From the NCBI GenBank assembly GCA_023425865.1, contig JAFABV010000054.1:36337-100336 (forward strand): a stretch of DNA of 64,000 bases, given 5' to 3'. The DNA is from Bacteroidota bacterium (GTDB taxonomy: Bacteria > Bacteroidota > Bacteroidia > Bacteroidales > Bacteroidaceae). A model generated the notes under the pieces. It saw only the letters and a list, made by a program, of their open reading frames with translations. It was not told the origin of the DNA and did not search any database. Shown here in pieces: positions 44,281-52,764 of this stretch (the first letter of the stretch is position 1; each line of letters opens with the position of its first letter). Made by a program: the position numbers and the translations under genes.

Positions 44281-47200
44281 TTATGGATTAACGTATTTAT
44301 TACCCGAATTAATATACACGCCCCGTATTTTTTTCGACGACGTGGGGCGAGGTACGCGTTTGCCTGTCAGGTCGTACCACGTCCCGTCTTCCGCGTCACG
44401 GTTGGGGCGCGCGATTCGTGTGGTCTGGTCGTCGATTTTTGCCACACCGTACACCTCCAGCTCATAGAGGCTATAGCCATAGGCGGGCAGCCATTTCTCG
44501 GTGCAGTGCAACCGCACGAAGCGGGCCGTGGGCAGCGTGCCGTCGGGCAGCGCCAGCGGCGTGACGGTCCATCCGCTACCTGTGGCATGTGCGGTTGTAG
44601 CCGTTATGAAACTGCTACCATCTGTCGATACCTGTATGTCGTAGTTTTTGGCGGCAGCGCCCTCCCACAACACCTTCACTTGGTTGAGTCGGTACGTGCC
44701 CCGCAGGTCCACCGTCACGTCGTCGGTGGCATTGGCCCATGCGCTTTCCCACCGGGTGTCGCTCTTGCCGTCGGTCGCCCAGGTGGCTATATTGCCTCCG
44801 TTGACAGACGTGGCCTCGGTAGGCTTGTTGAGGGCGAGGTTGTAGTCGGCAAAGTTTTTGGCGTTGACATACACCGTGTCGCGCATGCCGTCGCTGCCGA
44901 AGACGATGGCGTAGCGCCCCGTGCGCAGTGCCTTGAGACAAGTGTCGTCGTAGACGGCGCCGTCGGTCGGGGTCAGCGTACCGTCTGTGTTACGGCTCAT
45001 CACCTCGGCGCTGACGCTGTGCCCCGTAAGCGAGAAGGGACCGCCAAACTGGTCGGTGGCGTGAAACTCGTACACCACGCTGTCACCACCCACCACGATG
45101 TCGGCCTCTGCCGGGCTCACCGTGAAGGTTTGCATGATGATGGCTTCCTCTACGGCAAAGGTTTTCTTGGCGGTGATGCCATTGGTATGGGCTTGCACTT
45201 GCACGAGGTCGAACTTCGCCGGGGTGAATATCCCCTCTGCGTCGATGGTGCCGTCGTCGGTGCTCCAGTCCACCGTCACCGGAGTCCACTCGCCGCTCAC
45301 GGTGTAGCCTAATGCTGACAGTCGCGCCGGAGCGTACTGCTTGAGCACGTCGCTGTCGGCACTGACCTTGATGCCCAGCAGGTCATCGGCCCCCAAGGAG
45401 TTCTTCTGTCCGTAGGCCTCTATCTCATACAGACTGATGCCGTACGGCGTATTGCGCTTGTTGCCCGTGATACGGATGTAGCGTCCTTGCGCTCCCTCCA
45501 TCTTCACCTCGTCCCAGCCGCCGTCGCCGCTCACCGTCTTGCCGCTGTGCCATGTGTTGCCGTCGTCCGACAGCTCTATGGTGTAGATGCTGGCATAAGC
45601 CGCCTCCCAGTGCAGCCGGAGTTTGTAGAGCTTGGCGGGCTCGCCGAGGTCTACGCTGAGCCATTGCCCGTCTTGGTGCAGGCTGCCCCAGCGTGTGGCG
45701 TCGTCGCCGTCGGTGGCGTGCTGTGCCACGGTGCCCACGTTCTCTTCTCCCGACACCGTGCAGGTCTTGTGCAGGGCCAGGTTTTCCATGCCCAGCGCGT
45801 CGAGCACCTGTGTCTCGACGACCGTGGGCGGCAGTATGGGCAGCGCCTTGCGGTTGGGGTCGTCGCTCACGTAGAGCTGTCGGGGCGCCACCGTGGCTGT
45901 ATGGCCATCGCTGAAGCGCACCGTCAGCGGCTCACGGTGGGGGTTGTAAGCCTGGTAGGTGCGCATGCCGTCGCGGTCGAAGGCGCGTGCCGTGGGGCAG
46001 TTGGCGGTAACGCTCCAGTCGGGGTCGCCGTGAGCGCGGTGGGAGTGCGTCACGAAGTAAGTGATGCCGTTGGTGCTAAACTGCGTGAACTCTTTATCGC
46101 CCTGTTGCCAACACGCGTCGAAAATGGCGGCAGCCTGGTCGGGGTCCGACCGTTGCAGGTAGCTCAGCGCCACGTTGCCCCATCCGCCCGAGTCGCCGAG
46201 ATAGCCTTGCTCGGTCTTGCTGTCGGCGTGCCATCCGCCAATGAGCTTGTCTTGCATCAGGCGCGCGTAGTCCCAGGCGGCAAAGGCCTTGTTCTCCGAG
46301 AGATAGTCGAGGGCCGGGGAGATGGGCATCCATTGTATGCCCTGCATGTAGATGGCGTCCCAGCCAAAGTAGGTCCACCAGCCCACGCCATGGCAGGTGA
46401 GGTTGCTGTTGTAGGGCGGAATGATGGTTTTCTGCACGCCATTCTGGGTGTAGGTCGACGTGAATTTCGAGTAGGGTATGTTGTAACCCGGGGTTGTGGC
46501 TTGGTGATAGTTGGCCACGCTGTAGTCGGCCGCCGGGTCGTCGTGGCGGTCGAACCAGTATTCTGCCGTGCCTCGCGCCTCGCTCACCCATCCGAAGATG
46601 CCCGCGTCGCGCATCTCCTTGTCATCGAGTGCCACGCCGAGCAGGTACATGCCGCCCCACGCCTGCATGGCCTCTGACGACGACTCTTGTCCGTTGCCAT
46701 TGTCGTCGCCCATGCCTCCGGCAAACGAGTGACCCGCCCAGGGGTCGAAGGTTCGGAAGAAGGGATAGGCCGTGTCTGTGCGGTCCCAGTTGGCATAGTC
46801 TTTCACCAGCAGCCGTGCCATCTGCCCATAGTTGTCGCGGAAGTCATCGTCGACGAGTGCCAGCAGCGCGCTGGCCAGCGCGAAGTATCCGTAGTGGAAG
46901 TGGTGGTCGTTGAAGGTGTCGCTGTCGTACGACGTGCTGTAACCCACCAGTCCGCCCCAGCGGTCGTAGCGCGCGAAAAACCGGTCGCGCTCGCCGGGCG
47001 TATAGGTGTACCAGTCTATGAGCGCCGCCTTGAGTCGGTCACGGCATTGCACGAAGCGTGCCGTGTCGCCCATCTCACGGGCAAAGGTCATGTAGAGTGC
47101 CATCTGCGTGAGGCCTTTGCCTCCCCAGTAGGTGTCGGCGCCGAAGGTACCGTTGTCGGCATAGTTGTGCAGCATCTCTGTCATGCGCGCCGGGAGATAG

Positions 47201-48348
47201 GCGTTGGCGCCGGTGGTGTCGTTAGGCAGCGCATAGTAGGGCAGCATGCCGTAGAAGCTATAGTCTATTACGAAGTGGTTGCCCGCTGCCATTCGGAGCT
47301 CGCCGTGGGGCGTGGCATAGGTCATGCCACTGAAGGCGAAGGCAGGGTTGTGCCCGGTGTCGCGGTACTGGTGTGGCAGAAATCCCTGTAGCCACTGCGT
47401 GGTGCCACCGTTGAGGCTTTCGCCGTCGATGTCCCAGCAGGTGCTCACCTTGCCTGCCGTTTCGTCGTAGTGCCAGCTCACCTTGGTGTCGCGGGGCACG
47501 GTGTAAGCGTATGGGCGCAGCCTCGCCATGTCGGCCACGTCGTTGAGACAGGCCACCACCATATAGCGTTTGTCCTGATGAAACAGCAGGCTCACCTGTT
47601 GTCCGTTGACGCTTACCTCGGTGCCCGCGGGCAGAAAGATGCCGTAGGCGTCGCCGTCTTTCTTCATGACCAGGGCCGAGACGGCGGTGCCCGAGACCAG
47701 GGGTTGCCCATCGGCGGTGAGCACCTCTACCGGCGCGCCGGTGTTATGGTTGGCCGCGGTCCAGAGGCTGTTGCTGAGGCTGATGATGGGCTCCACACCA
47801 TGGAGTTCTATCCACGTGAAGGGCATGCCATGGGCCATGGTGACGTCCATGCGCTTGTCGGCGTCCATGATGGCAAATTCCACGTCCCAGTCGTGCCAGT
47901 CGGTAGCCACGGCAGAGTCGGGGGCGAAGTGGTCGCCGCCCACCGAGAGCACGGTGTTCGACTTCATCTCCGTGCCGTTGTCTATCCAGAACGACGGGCG
48001 CTGTATGTCGAGTCCCGAGGCGGTGGCCTGTATCAGTTGCGGATAGCTCCACAGCCGTCCGCTGAAGGGTTGGGTAATGAGGTTGGTCCACCAGTCGTTG
48101 GTGGGGATGGGGCGTCCGGGTCTTTCGTCTACATAGAGTTTGCGGTATTGCATGTACCTGCTCTGGTCGCCCGTGTTGCCATAGGCGTCGGGCGTGTGCA
48201 GGCTGCTGCGGCTGTTGATGAGCGGGGTGTATGAGGCATAGCTGCCTTGCCCCACCTTGACCACGTGCTGAGCCTTGGCCAGGTGGGGCTGGAGGGTTGC
48301 CGACGCCAGTAGCGCGACGCCGGCAATGGTGTTGCTCCAGGCAGACAT
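44281..48348 (-). CDS. GH81 endo-beta-1,3-glucanase with two F5/8-type-C (discoidin/CBM32-like) domains, Ig-like domains and a T9SS C-terminal domain
   Basis: 1355-aa ORF. GH81 signatures PIPTNDWWTNL, FNDHHFHYGYF and ESSSEAMQAWGG. Discoidin-like segments (…ATDGDDATRWGS…YEIEAYG; …ATDGKSDTRWES…YELEVYG). C-terminus …WYDLTGKRVPRPTSSKKIRGVYINSGNKYVNP. Confidence 0.85.
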   Translation of the reverse strand: MSAWSNTIAGVALLASATLQPHLAKAQHVVKVGQGSYASYTPLINSRSSLHTPDAYGNTGDQSRYMQYRKLYVDERPGRPIPTNDWWTNLITQPFSGRLWSYPQLIQATASGLDIQRPSFWIDNGTEMKSNTVLSVGGDHFAPDSAVATDWHDWDVEFAIMDADKRMDVTMAHGMPFTWIELHGVEPIISLSNSLWTAANHNTGAPVEVLTADGQPLVSGTAVSALVMKKDGDAYGIFLPAGTEVSVNGQQVSLLFHQDKRYMVVACLNDVADMARLRPYAYTVPRDTKVSWHYDETAGKVSTCWDIDGESLNGGTTQWLQGFLPHQYRDTGHNPAFAFSGMTYATPHGELRMAAGNHFVIDYSFYGMLPYYALPNDTTGANAYLPARMTEMLHNYADNGTFGADTYWGGKGLTQMALYMTFAREMGDTARFVQCRDRLKAALIDWYTYTPGERDRFFARYDRWGGLVGYSTSYDSDTFNDHHFHYGYFALASALLALVDDDFRDNYGQMARLLVKDYANWDRTDTAYPFFRTFDPWAGHSFAGGMGDDNGNGQESSSEAMQAWGGMYLLGVALDDKEMRDAGIFGWVSEARGTAEYWFDRHDDPAADYSVANYHQATTPGYNIPYSKFTSTYTQNGVQKTIIPPYNSNLTCHGVGWWTYFGWDAIYMQGIQWMPISPALDYLSENKAFAAWDYARLMQDKLIGGWHADSKTEQGYLGDSGGWGNVALSYLQRSDPDQAAAIFDACWQQGDKEFTQFSTNGITYFVTHSHRAHGDPDWSVTANCPTARAFDRDGMRTYQAYNPHREPLTVRFSDGHTATVAPRQLYVSDDPNRKALPILPPTVVETQVLDALGMENLALHKTCTVSGEENVGTVAQHATDGDDATRWGSLHQDGQWLSVDLGEPAKLYKLRLHWEAAYASIYTIELSDDGNTWHSGKTVSGDGGWDEVKMEGAQGRYIRITGNKRNTPYGISLYEIEAYGQKNSLGADDLLGIKVSADSDVLKQYAPARLSALGYTVSGEWTPVTVDWSTDDGTIDAEGIFTPAKFDLVQVQAHTNGITAKKTFAVEEAIIMQTFTVSPAEADIVVGGDSVVYEFHATDQFGGPFSLTGHSVSAEVMSRNTDGTLTPTDGAVYDDTCLKALRTGRYAIVFGSDGMRDTVYVNAKNFADYNLALNKPTEATSVNGGNIATWATDGKSDTRWESAWANATDDVTVDLRGTYRLNQVKVLWEGAAAKNYDIQVSTDGSSFITATTAHATGSGWTVTPLALPDGTLPTARFVRLHCTEKWLPAYGYSLYELEVYGVAKIDDQTTRIARPNRDAEDGTWYDLTGKRVPRPTSSKKIRGVYINSGNKYVNP

Positions 48349-48350
48349 GA

Positions 48351-48533
48351 TTATTCCTCCGCGTTATCCTCCCACACGCTGTAACGAGAGGGCTTAGACG
48401 ATGCGTAGCCACTGGAGGCCGTTCCCGAGAAGCCGCCAGATACTGTGTTTGCGCCTCCGCTGCCGGCCATGAGGTTTTCTTTCTCTATCACGTGTAGCCA
48501 GAGCTGTGGCTTTTCATACTTTTGTTTTTCCAT
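48351..48533 (-). CDS. Hypothetical 60-aa protein (charged N-terminal half, Gly/Ser-rich C-terminal half)
   Basis: ORF MEKQKYEKPQLWLHVIEKENLMAGSGGANTVSGGFSGTASSGYASSKPSRYSVWEDNAEE. Its stop lies 2 nt before the GH81 ATG. No homology recognised, so coding status is uncertain. Confidence 0.4.
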   Translation of the reverse strand: MEKQKYEKPQLWLHVIEKENLMAGSGGANTVSGGFSGTASSGYASSKPSRYSVWEDNAEE

Positions 48534-48697
48534 GTTGTCAGTCTGTTTTGTCAGGTTGTTAATGTGTCGTAGTTATCGTTTTATGTCTCCACGACCACCC
48601 CAAGTACCCGTGAGAAGGCTGTCGAGGTGCGTCGTGAAGGGCACTTCCACTGTGCCATTCGTTTGTCGGGGAGTGATGGTTCTGCCCGAAGGGTGGA

Positions 48698-48789
48698 ATC
48701 ATTCTATATAGAATCATCGCATGGTTTTATATAGAATCATCTTATGGTTTTATATAGAATCATCGCATGGTTTTATATAGAACTATGGG
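48698..48789 (-). repeat. Solitary tandem array, 4 x 23-bp units (ATGGTTTTATATAGAATCATCKY) without the flanking MITE-like sequence
   Basis: Directly read. Same unit family and period as the arrays at 8095, 21346 and 36152. Confidence 0.85.
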
Positions 48790-48867
48790 GCGTGCCGCGG
48801 CCTGTCGCCATGCGTGCAGGCCGTGCAGGGCACGCCTCAAAGTGTTTACGGGGTTGGCGAAGCGTGC

Positions 48868-51213
48868 TTACTTCACCACAAACTTCTTGCCGTTGGTCAC
48901 ATAGATGCCCTTGGGCAGGTGGCCGGTGTTGGTCATCTCCATGCCGTTGATGTTGTACACCTTGCCTTGGGCAGCTGTTCCTGCGTCGAGATGGGTAATG
49001 CCGGTGGACGTGTCGAAGCCGTTGAACTTGGCGGTAGTATTTTCAGCGATACCGGTAAAGTATGCCCTGAAGGCGGTGATGGTGGCACCGTTGCCCTGCT
49101 TGAACACCACGCTCTCGGCCCCGCTGCCCGTGCCTGTGGCATCTTGCAGTATCCACTGGCTGCCGTCGGTCACTTTATTGGCAAAGTTGCCTTGGAAGTT
49201 GGCTGAGCCCACAGCGTGGGCTGCCACGTTGCCGGTGGCCCATCCGTAGAGGTTGAAGTCGCCCGTTCCGGCGAAGCTGAATGTCACCTCCGTATCGTTG
49301 GCATTGTAGAGCACATAGGGGAAGAAGGCGGCGATGGTGCCTGCCTTGGCAAAGGTGACGGTGGTGCCATCATACGTGGTAGCCTCCCAGGCCGTGAGTC
49401 CGGCGGGCAGGTCGGCGATGTTGACGGCCGCCGTGGTGTAGGTCGTGACGAATGTCTTGGCCGGGATGACGCGCGATACCTTGTAGCCCGTGCTGCCCGT
49501 GCTGATGAACTTCACGTCCTGGTTGACGTTGCGCTCACCCATCCACAACGGCTCGGTGGGGTCATCGGTGATCTGAACCTGCGTCACGGGGAAGAGCCAG
49601 GTGTCTTGCACCACCATGTTGGGCGTGCCGGCCAGTGCGGCATACTTCGCGGCGGCCACGTTGGTGCCGTCATGGGTGCCGGTCACGGCGATGAGCGCGT
49701 TCTTGTGCTTGGGGCTGAGGGTCACACCCTCGGCCACCGATGCCACGCCGGTGAGGTCGATGAACATGGCGTCGGCGTCATTCACCTGCGCCACGTTGTC
49801 GGCCGTGAGGTCGCCGCCCACGGTGGCCACGCCGTTGGCTGTTTCTACAAAGAAGTTGCCCTGCCCGTTGTTGTAGAAGTAGATGTTGTCTACATACACC
49901 TCGTCTGAACCTGCTCCCTTGTCCAGTTTCAGCTGGAAGGCGGCATAGTTGGCAAAGTCGAGCCCAATCTTCGACAGTGGAATGTCGATGCTGTTCCACT
50001 GGTTGGGCGTGAGTGTGCCGAGGCTCGTGGGGTTCTCTGTCGGGCTGCCTCCGCGCATGATGGGGGTGATGCCCATCGTCATGGCCTGGCGCGGCAGCAC
50101 GTCGACGTGCAGGTAGTTCATGTTGGCGAGGTCGACATCCGAGGCAAACTCAAGACCAATGTAGTTGAAGTTCTTCAGGTGGATGACATTGTCCCCGCTC
50201 ACGGCCGTGGTCTCATACGTGGTGCTCTGTCCCCATCCGCCGATGTTGTAGGTGGTGGCAGGGGTGTAGGCGTCCGAGAAGATGGCCTTCACCTTCGATG
50301 TGTCGACGGTGGGCGCTGGGGCGGCGGTGATCTTGAAGCCCTCCTTCGTCGTGAAGCTCAGTTGGAGGGTGTTCGACTTGTTGCCGCCAATGTCAGTGGC
50401 CTGCACCGTCCAGTTGTAGGTGGTCAGTCCCTCAAGCCCCGTGATGGTCTTGGTGGTCGTGGTGCCTGCCGTGCCGGTGGCGGTGTAGGTCTGGTTGTTG
50501 GCCGCGTCGGTGATGGTGTAGGTGATGGGCGCTTGGTCGTCGGTGGCGTTGAGCGTGAGTGTCACGTCGTTGCCGTTCACCGTGGTGGCCTCGGCCGTGA
50601 CGAGCACAGGTGCTGTGGTGTCGGTGATGCGGGTGCCGTAGAAATACTCGTTGCCGATGTAGAACGTGGCGGTGCCGTCACCGTTGGCAAAGCCATCGCT
50701 GGCGTTCACACCCGGTGCGTGTGCCACCACGCTGCCCACCAGCTTGATCTGGAACAGTCGTGTGAGGACCGCACCGCCGTCGATATAGTCCTGCACGGGA
50801 ATGTCGATGGCGTTCCACTGGTTGGGCTTGAGGGTAGGGAGGTTTACGCCTTTCTCGCCCTCGTTGGCGTTGTCCAGTTCATTGCGGCAGATCATCACCG
50901 CACCTAATGTCATCTCTTGCGTGGGATAGATGTCGATGTGGAAGAACTTCTTGTTCGATACGTCAACCTTGTTGAACCCGCTGCCAAAATACCTGAACCC
51001 GCTGATCTGGTAGACCTGCTTGCCATTCACATCGACGGTGGTGCCTGTGCCTCCGCCCCAGTCGTAGAAGTTGAAACCATGCTGTCCGCCATTGGCGTAG
51101 AGCAGGTAGACATTGTCGGTGGTGCCCACGGCCGGCACGTCGGTGGGTTGTGCCTTGCCCAGCAGCACGGCCATGAAGGCCGCGAGGATTAATAAAGATT
51201 TTTTTATAGACAT
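48868..51213 (-). CDS. Secreted non-catalytic protein: two related N-terminal CBM-like modules, Fn3-like domain, further beta-rich region, T9SS C-terminal domain
   Basis: 781-aa ORF with signal peptide. Internal duplication (…FYDWGGGTG…FFHIDIYPTQEMTLG…PNQWNAIDIPV versus …YNIGGWGQST…YLHVDVLPRQAMTMG…PNQWNSIDIPL). C-terminus …GKVYNINGMEMTNTGHLPKGIYVTNGKKFVVK. Confidence 0.75.
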   Translation of the reverse strand: MSIKKSLLILAAFMAVLLGKAQPTDVPAVGTTDNVYLLYANGGQHGFNFYDWGGGTGTTVDVNGKQVYQISGFRYFGSGFNKVDVSNKKFFHIDIYPTQEMTLGAVMICRNELDNANEGEKGVNLPTLKPNQWNAIDIPVQDYIDGGAVLTRLFQIKLVGSVVAHAPGVNASDGFANGDGTATFYIGNEYFYGTRITDTTAPVLVTAEATTVNGNDVTLTLNATDDQAPITYTITDAANNQTYTATGTAGTTTTKTITGLEGLTTYNWTVQATDIGGNKSNTLQLSFTTKEGFKITAAPAPTVDTSKVKAIFSDAYTPATTYNIGGWGQSTTYETTAVSGDNVIHLKNFNYIGLEFASDVDLANMNYLHVDVLPRQAMTMGITPIMRGGSPTENPTSLGTLTPNQWNSIDIPLSKIGLDFANYAAFQLKLDKGAGSDEVYVDNIYFYNNGQGNFFVETANGVATVGGDLTADNVAQVNDADAMFIDLTGVASVAEGVTLSPKHKNALIAVTGTHDGTNVAAAKYAALAGTPNMVVQDTWLFPVTQVQITDDPTEPLWMGERNVNQDVKFISTGSTGYKVSRVIPAKTFVTTYTTAAVNIADLPAGLTAWEATTYDGTTVTFAKAGTIAAFFPYVLYNANDTEVTFSFAGTGDFNLYGWATGNVAAHAVGSANFQGNFANKVTDGSQWILQDATGTGSGAESVVFKQGNGATITAFRAYFTGIAENTTAKFNGFDTSTGITHLDAGTAAQGKVYNINGMEMTNTGHLPKGIYVTNGKKFVVK

Positions 51214-51243
51214 AAAGTTTAGTTAAATGGATAGATTCGACTG

Positions 51244-52764
51244 TTATCTCAAGATTTTCCTCACCTGCACGGTGCCGTCGTCAGCCACGCTCCGCTCGAT
51301 GCTGATGCCCCTGGCGGGCCTCTCTATGCGCATGCCGTTGGGAGCGTAGTAGGTGGGTTGGCTTGTTGGTGGGTAGGTGGGTGGGTTGGTGGGTGAGTGG
51401 GCGATGCCGGTAGTGGTGGCGAGTGTGAGGCGGTTGACGAGCATGGGCGTGGCCGAGGCGTTGAACACCATGAGCTGATGACGGCCCGTGGGCAGCGTGA
51501 GCGTCAGCGTGCGGTCGTCCCACTGTGCGCTGGTGGCGGCGAGGGTGGCAGTGGCGGTCTTCTTGCCGTCGACATACACCCACAGGCTGTGGCTGTCGGA
51601 GGCGTTGCAGCGCAGCGTCAGCGCATACTCGCCCGCCGTGGGCAGCTCCACCTGATAGCTCGCCCAGGCGCTGGGCAGCAGCTCCACCTGCAGAGGCAGG
51701 TCGGCCGCCGTGGCCTCGTCGCTGTTGGCGCGCAGGCGCACCTGCTGGTCGCCCACGCTGGCATCGATATAGTCTTTGGCGGCGATGAGTTCGTCCGGTA
51801 CGTAGTGGCGTGTGGTGTCGAAAGCCGACATGTAGACATACACTTTGCCCACCTCCGAGAGGTCGCTGGCGGCGGTGTTGCGCTGCATGAGGCTCCAGTA
51901 GGGCGTCTTGGTGGCGTCGCCGTTGGCCATGAACCAGGCGTAGGCGGCTACCCGCGGGCTCTGCTCCAGGTATTGCAGCTTCTGGGTCATGTGGTCTATT
52001 TGCAGGGTGGGGGTGATGGTCAGGCCGTTGCCGCGGAAGTCGTTGCCCATGGCACAAAACTCGGTGAGGAAGAGCGGCAGCTCGCCGTGACTGTCTAAAT
52101 AGCTCACTAACCGTGGATACTTGGCGCGGTTGGCCTCAGAAAAAACATCTTTGTAAAAGTAATCGGTGGCAAACCAGTTCACGGCCGAGGCATAGTCCAT
52201 GTAGCAGTGCAGGCAGAGATAGTCCATGCGTGCCGTGGGGTAGAGGGCCAGAAAAGCCTCCAACCAGTCGTAGGGCGTGCTGTAGACGGTGCCGCCCACG
52301 ACGTCGCCGCTGAAGTTGAGCGCCGGTGCCACGAGCTTGAGGCCGTAGTCGTCGGCAATCTTCTCCAAGCGGGGCCATGCGTCGGCCGCCTGCTGGGGCG
52401 TCATGCTGCTGCCGCCCGATGCGCCCGAAATGTTGGGTTCGTTGAAACCTAAGAGGTAGGTCACGCCGGGATGGGTGTCGAGATAGGAGCGCAGGGCGGT
52501 CTCGTTGAACGCGCCATTCCAGCACATGGGTGCAAAGGCCACGAGTCCATCGGGACCGATGGGCGCGGCGGTGGCAGTGGGCGCGACGCCCCAGTTGTAC
52601 AGCCAGCTCACGCCCGGTGCCAACTTTTGCAGCGTGGCGGCCGTGAGAGGCTGCGTCTTCTCGTCCCAGCATACGCCCCGCTTGGCACTCCGCTGCTGCG
52701 AAAAGGCCGGGGAGGCAAGGGCAAGGGCAAGGACGAGGGGCAGGAGGTAATGTTTCATAGTCAC
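51244..52764 (-). CDS. GH128-like (Glyco_hydro_cc-type) beta-1,3-glucanase + C-terminal beta-sandwich + PT linker + T9SS C-terminal domain
   Basis: 506-aa ORF with signal peptide. KRGVCWDE…WLYNWG…LLGFNEPN…LFLTEF pattern. PTNPPTYPPTSQPT linker followed by a CTD-like tail. The family call is from motif memory only. Confidence 0.65.
   Translation of the reverse strand: MTMKHYLLPLVLALALASPAFSQQRSAKRGVCWDEKTQPLTAATLQKLAPGVSWLYNWGVAPTATAAPIGPDGLVAFAPMCWNGAFNETALRSYLDTHPGVTYLLGFNEPNISGASGGSSMTPQQAADAWPRLEKIADDYGLKLVAPALNFSGDVVGGTVYSTPYDWLEAFLALYPTARMDYLCLHCYMDYASAVNWFATDYFYKDVFSEANRAKYPRLVSYLDSHGELPLFLTEFCAMGNDFRGNGLTITPTLQIDHMTQKLQYLEQSPRVAAYAWFMANGDATKTPYWSLMQRNTAASDLSEVGKVYVYMSAFDTTRHYVPDELIAAKDYIDASVGDQQVRLRANSDEATAADLPLQVELLPSAWASYQVELPTAGEYALTLRCNASDSHSLWVYVDGKKTATATLAATSAQWDDRTLTLTLPTGRHQLMVFNASATPMLVNRLTLATTTGIAHSPTNPPTYPPTSQPTYYAPNGMRIERPARGISIERSVADDGTVQVRKILR

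Noticed and set aside
45487-48234. Series of long plus-strand ORFs (45487-46677, 46687-47391, 47470-48234)
   Set aside because: All are antisense to the GH81 gene. Same GC-rich antisense artefact, with no motifs.
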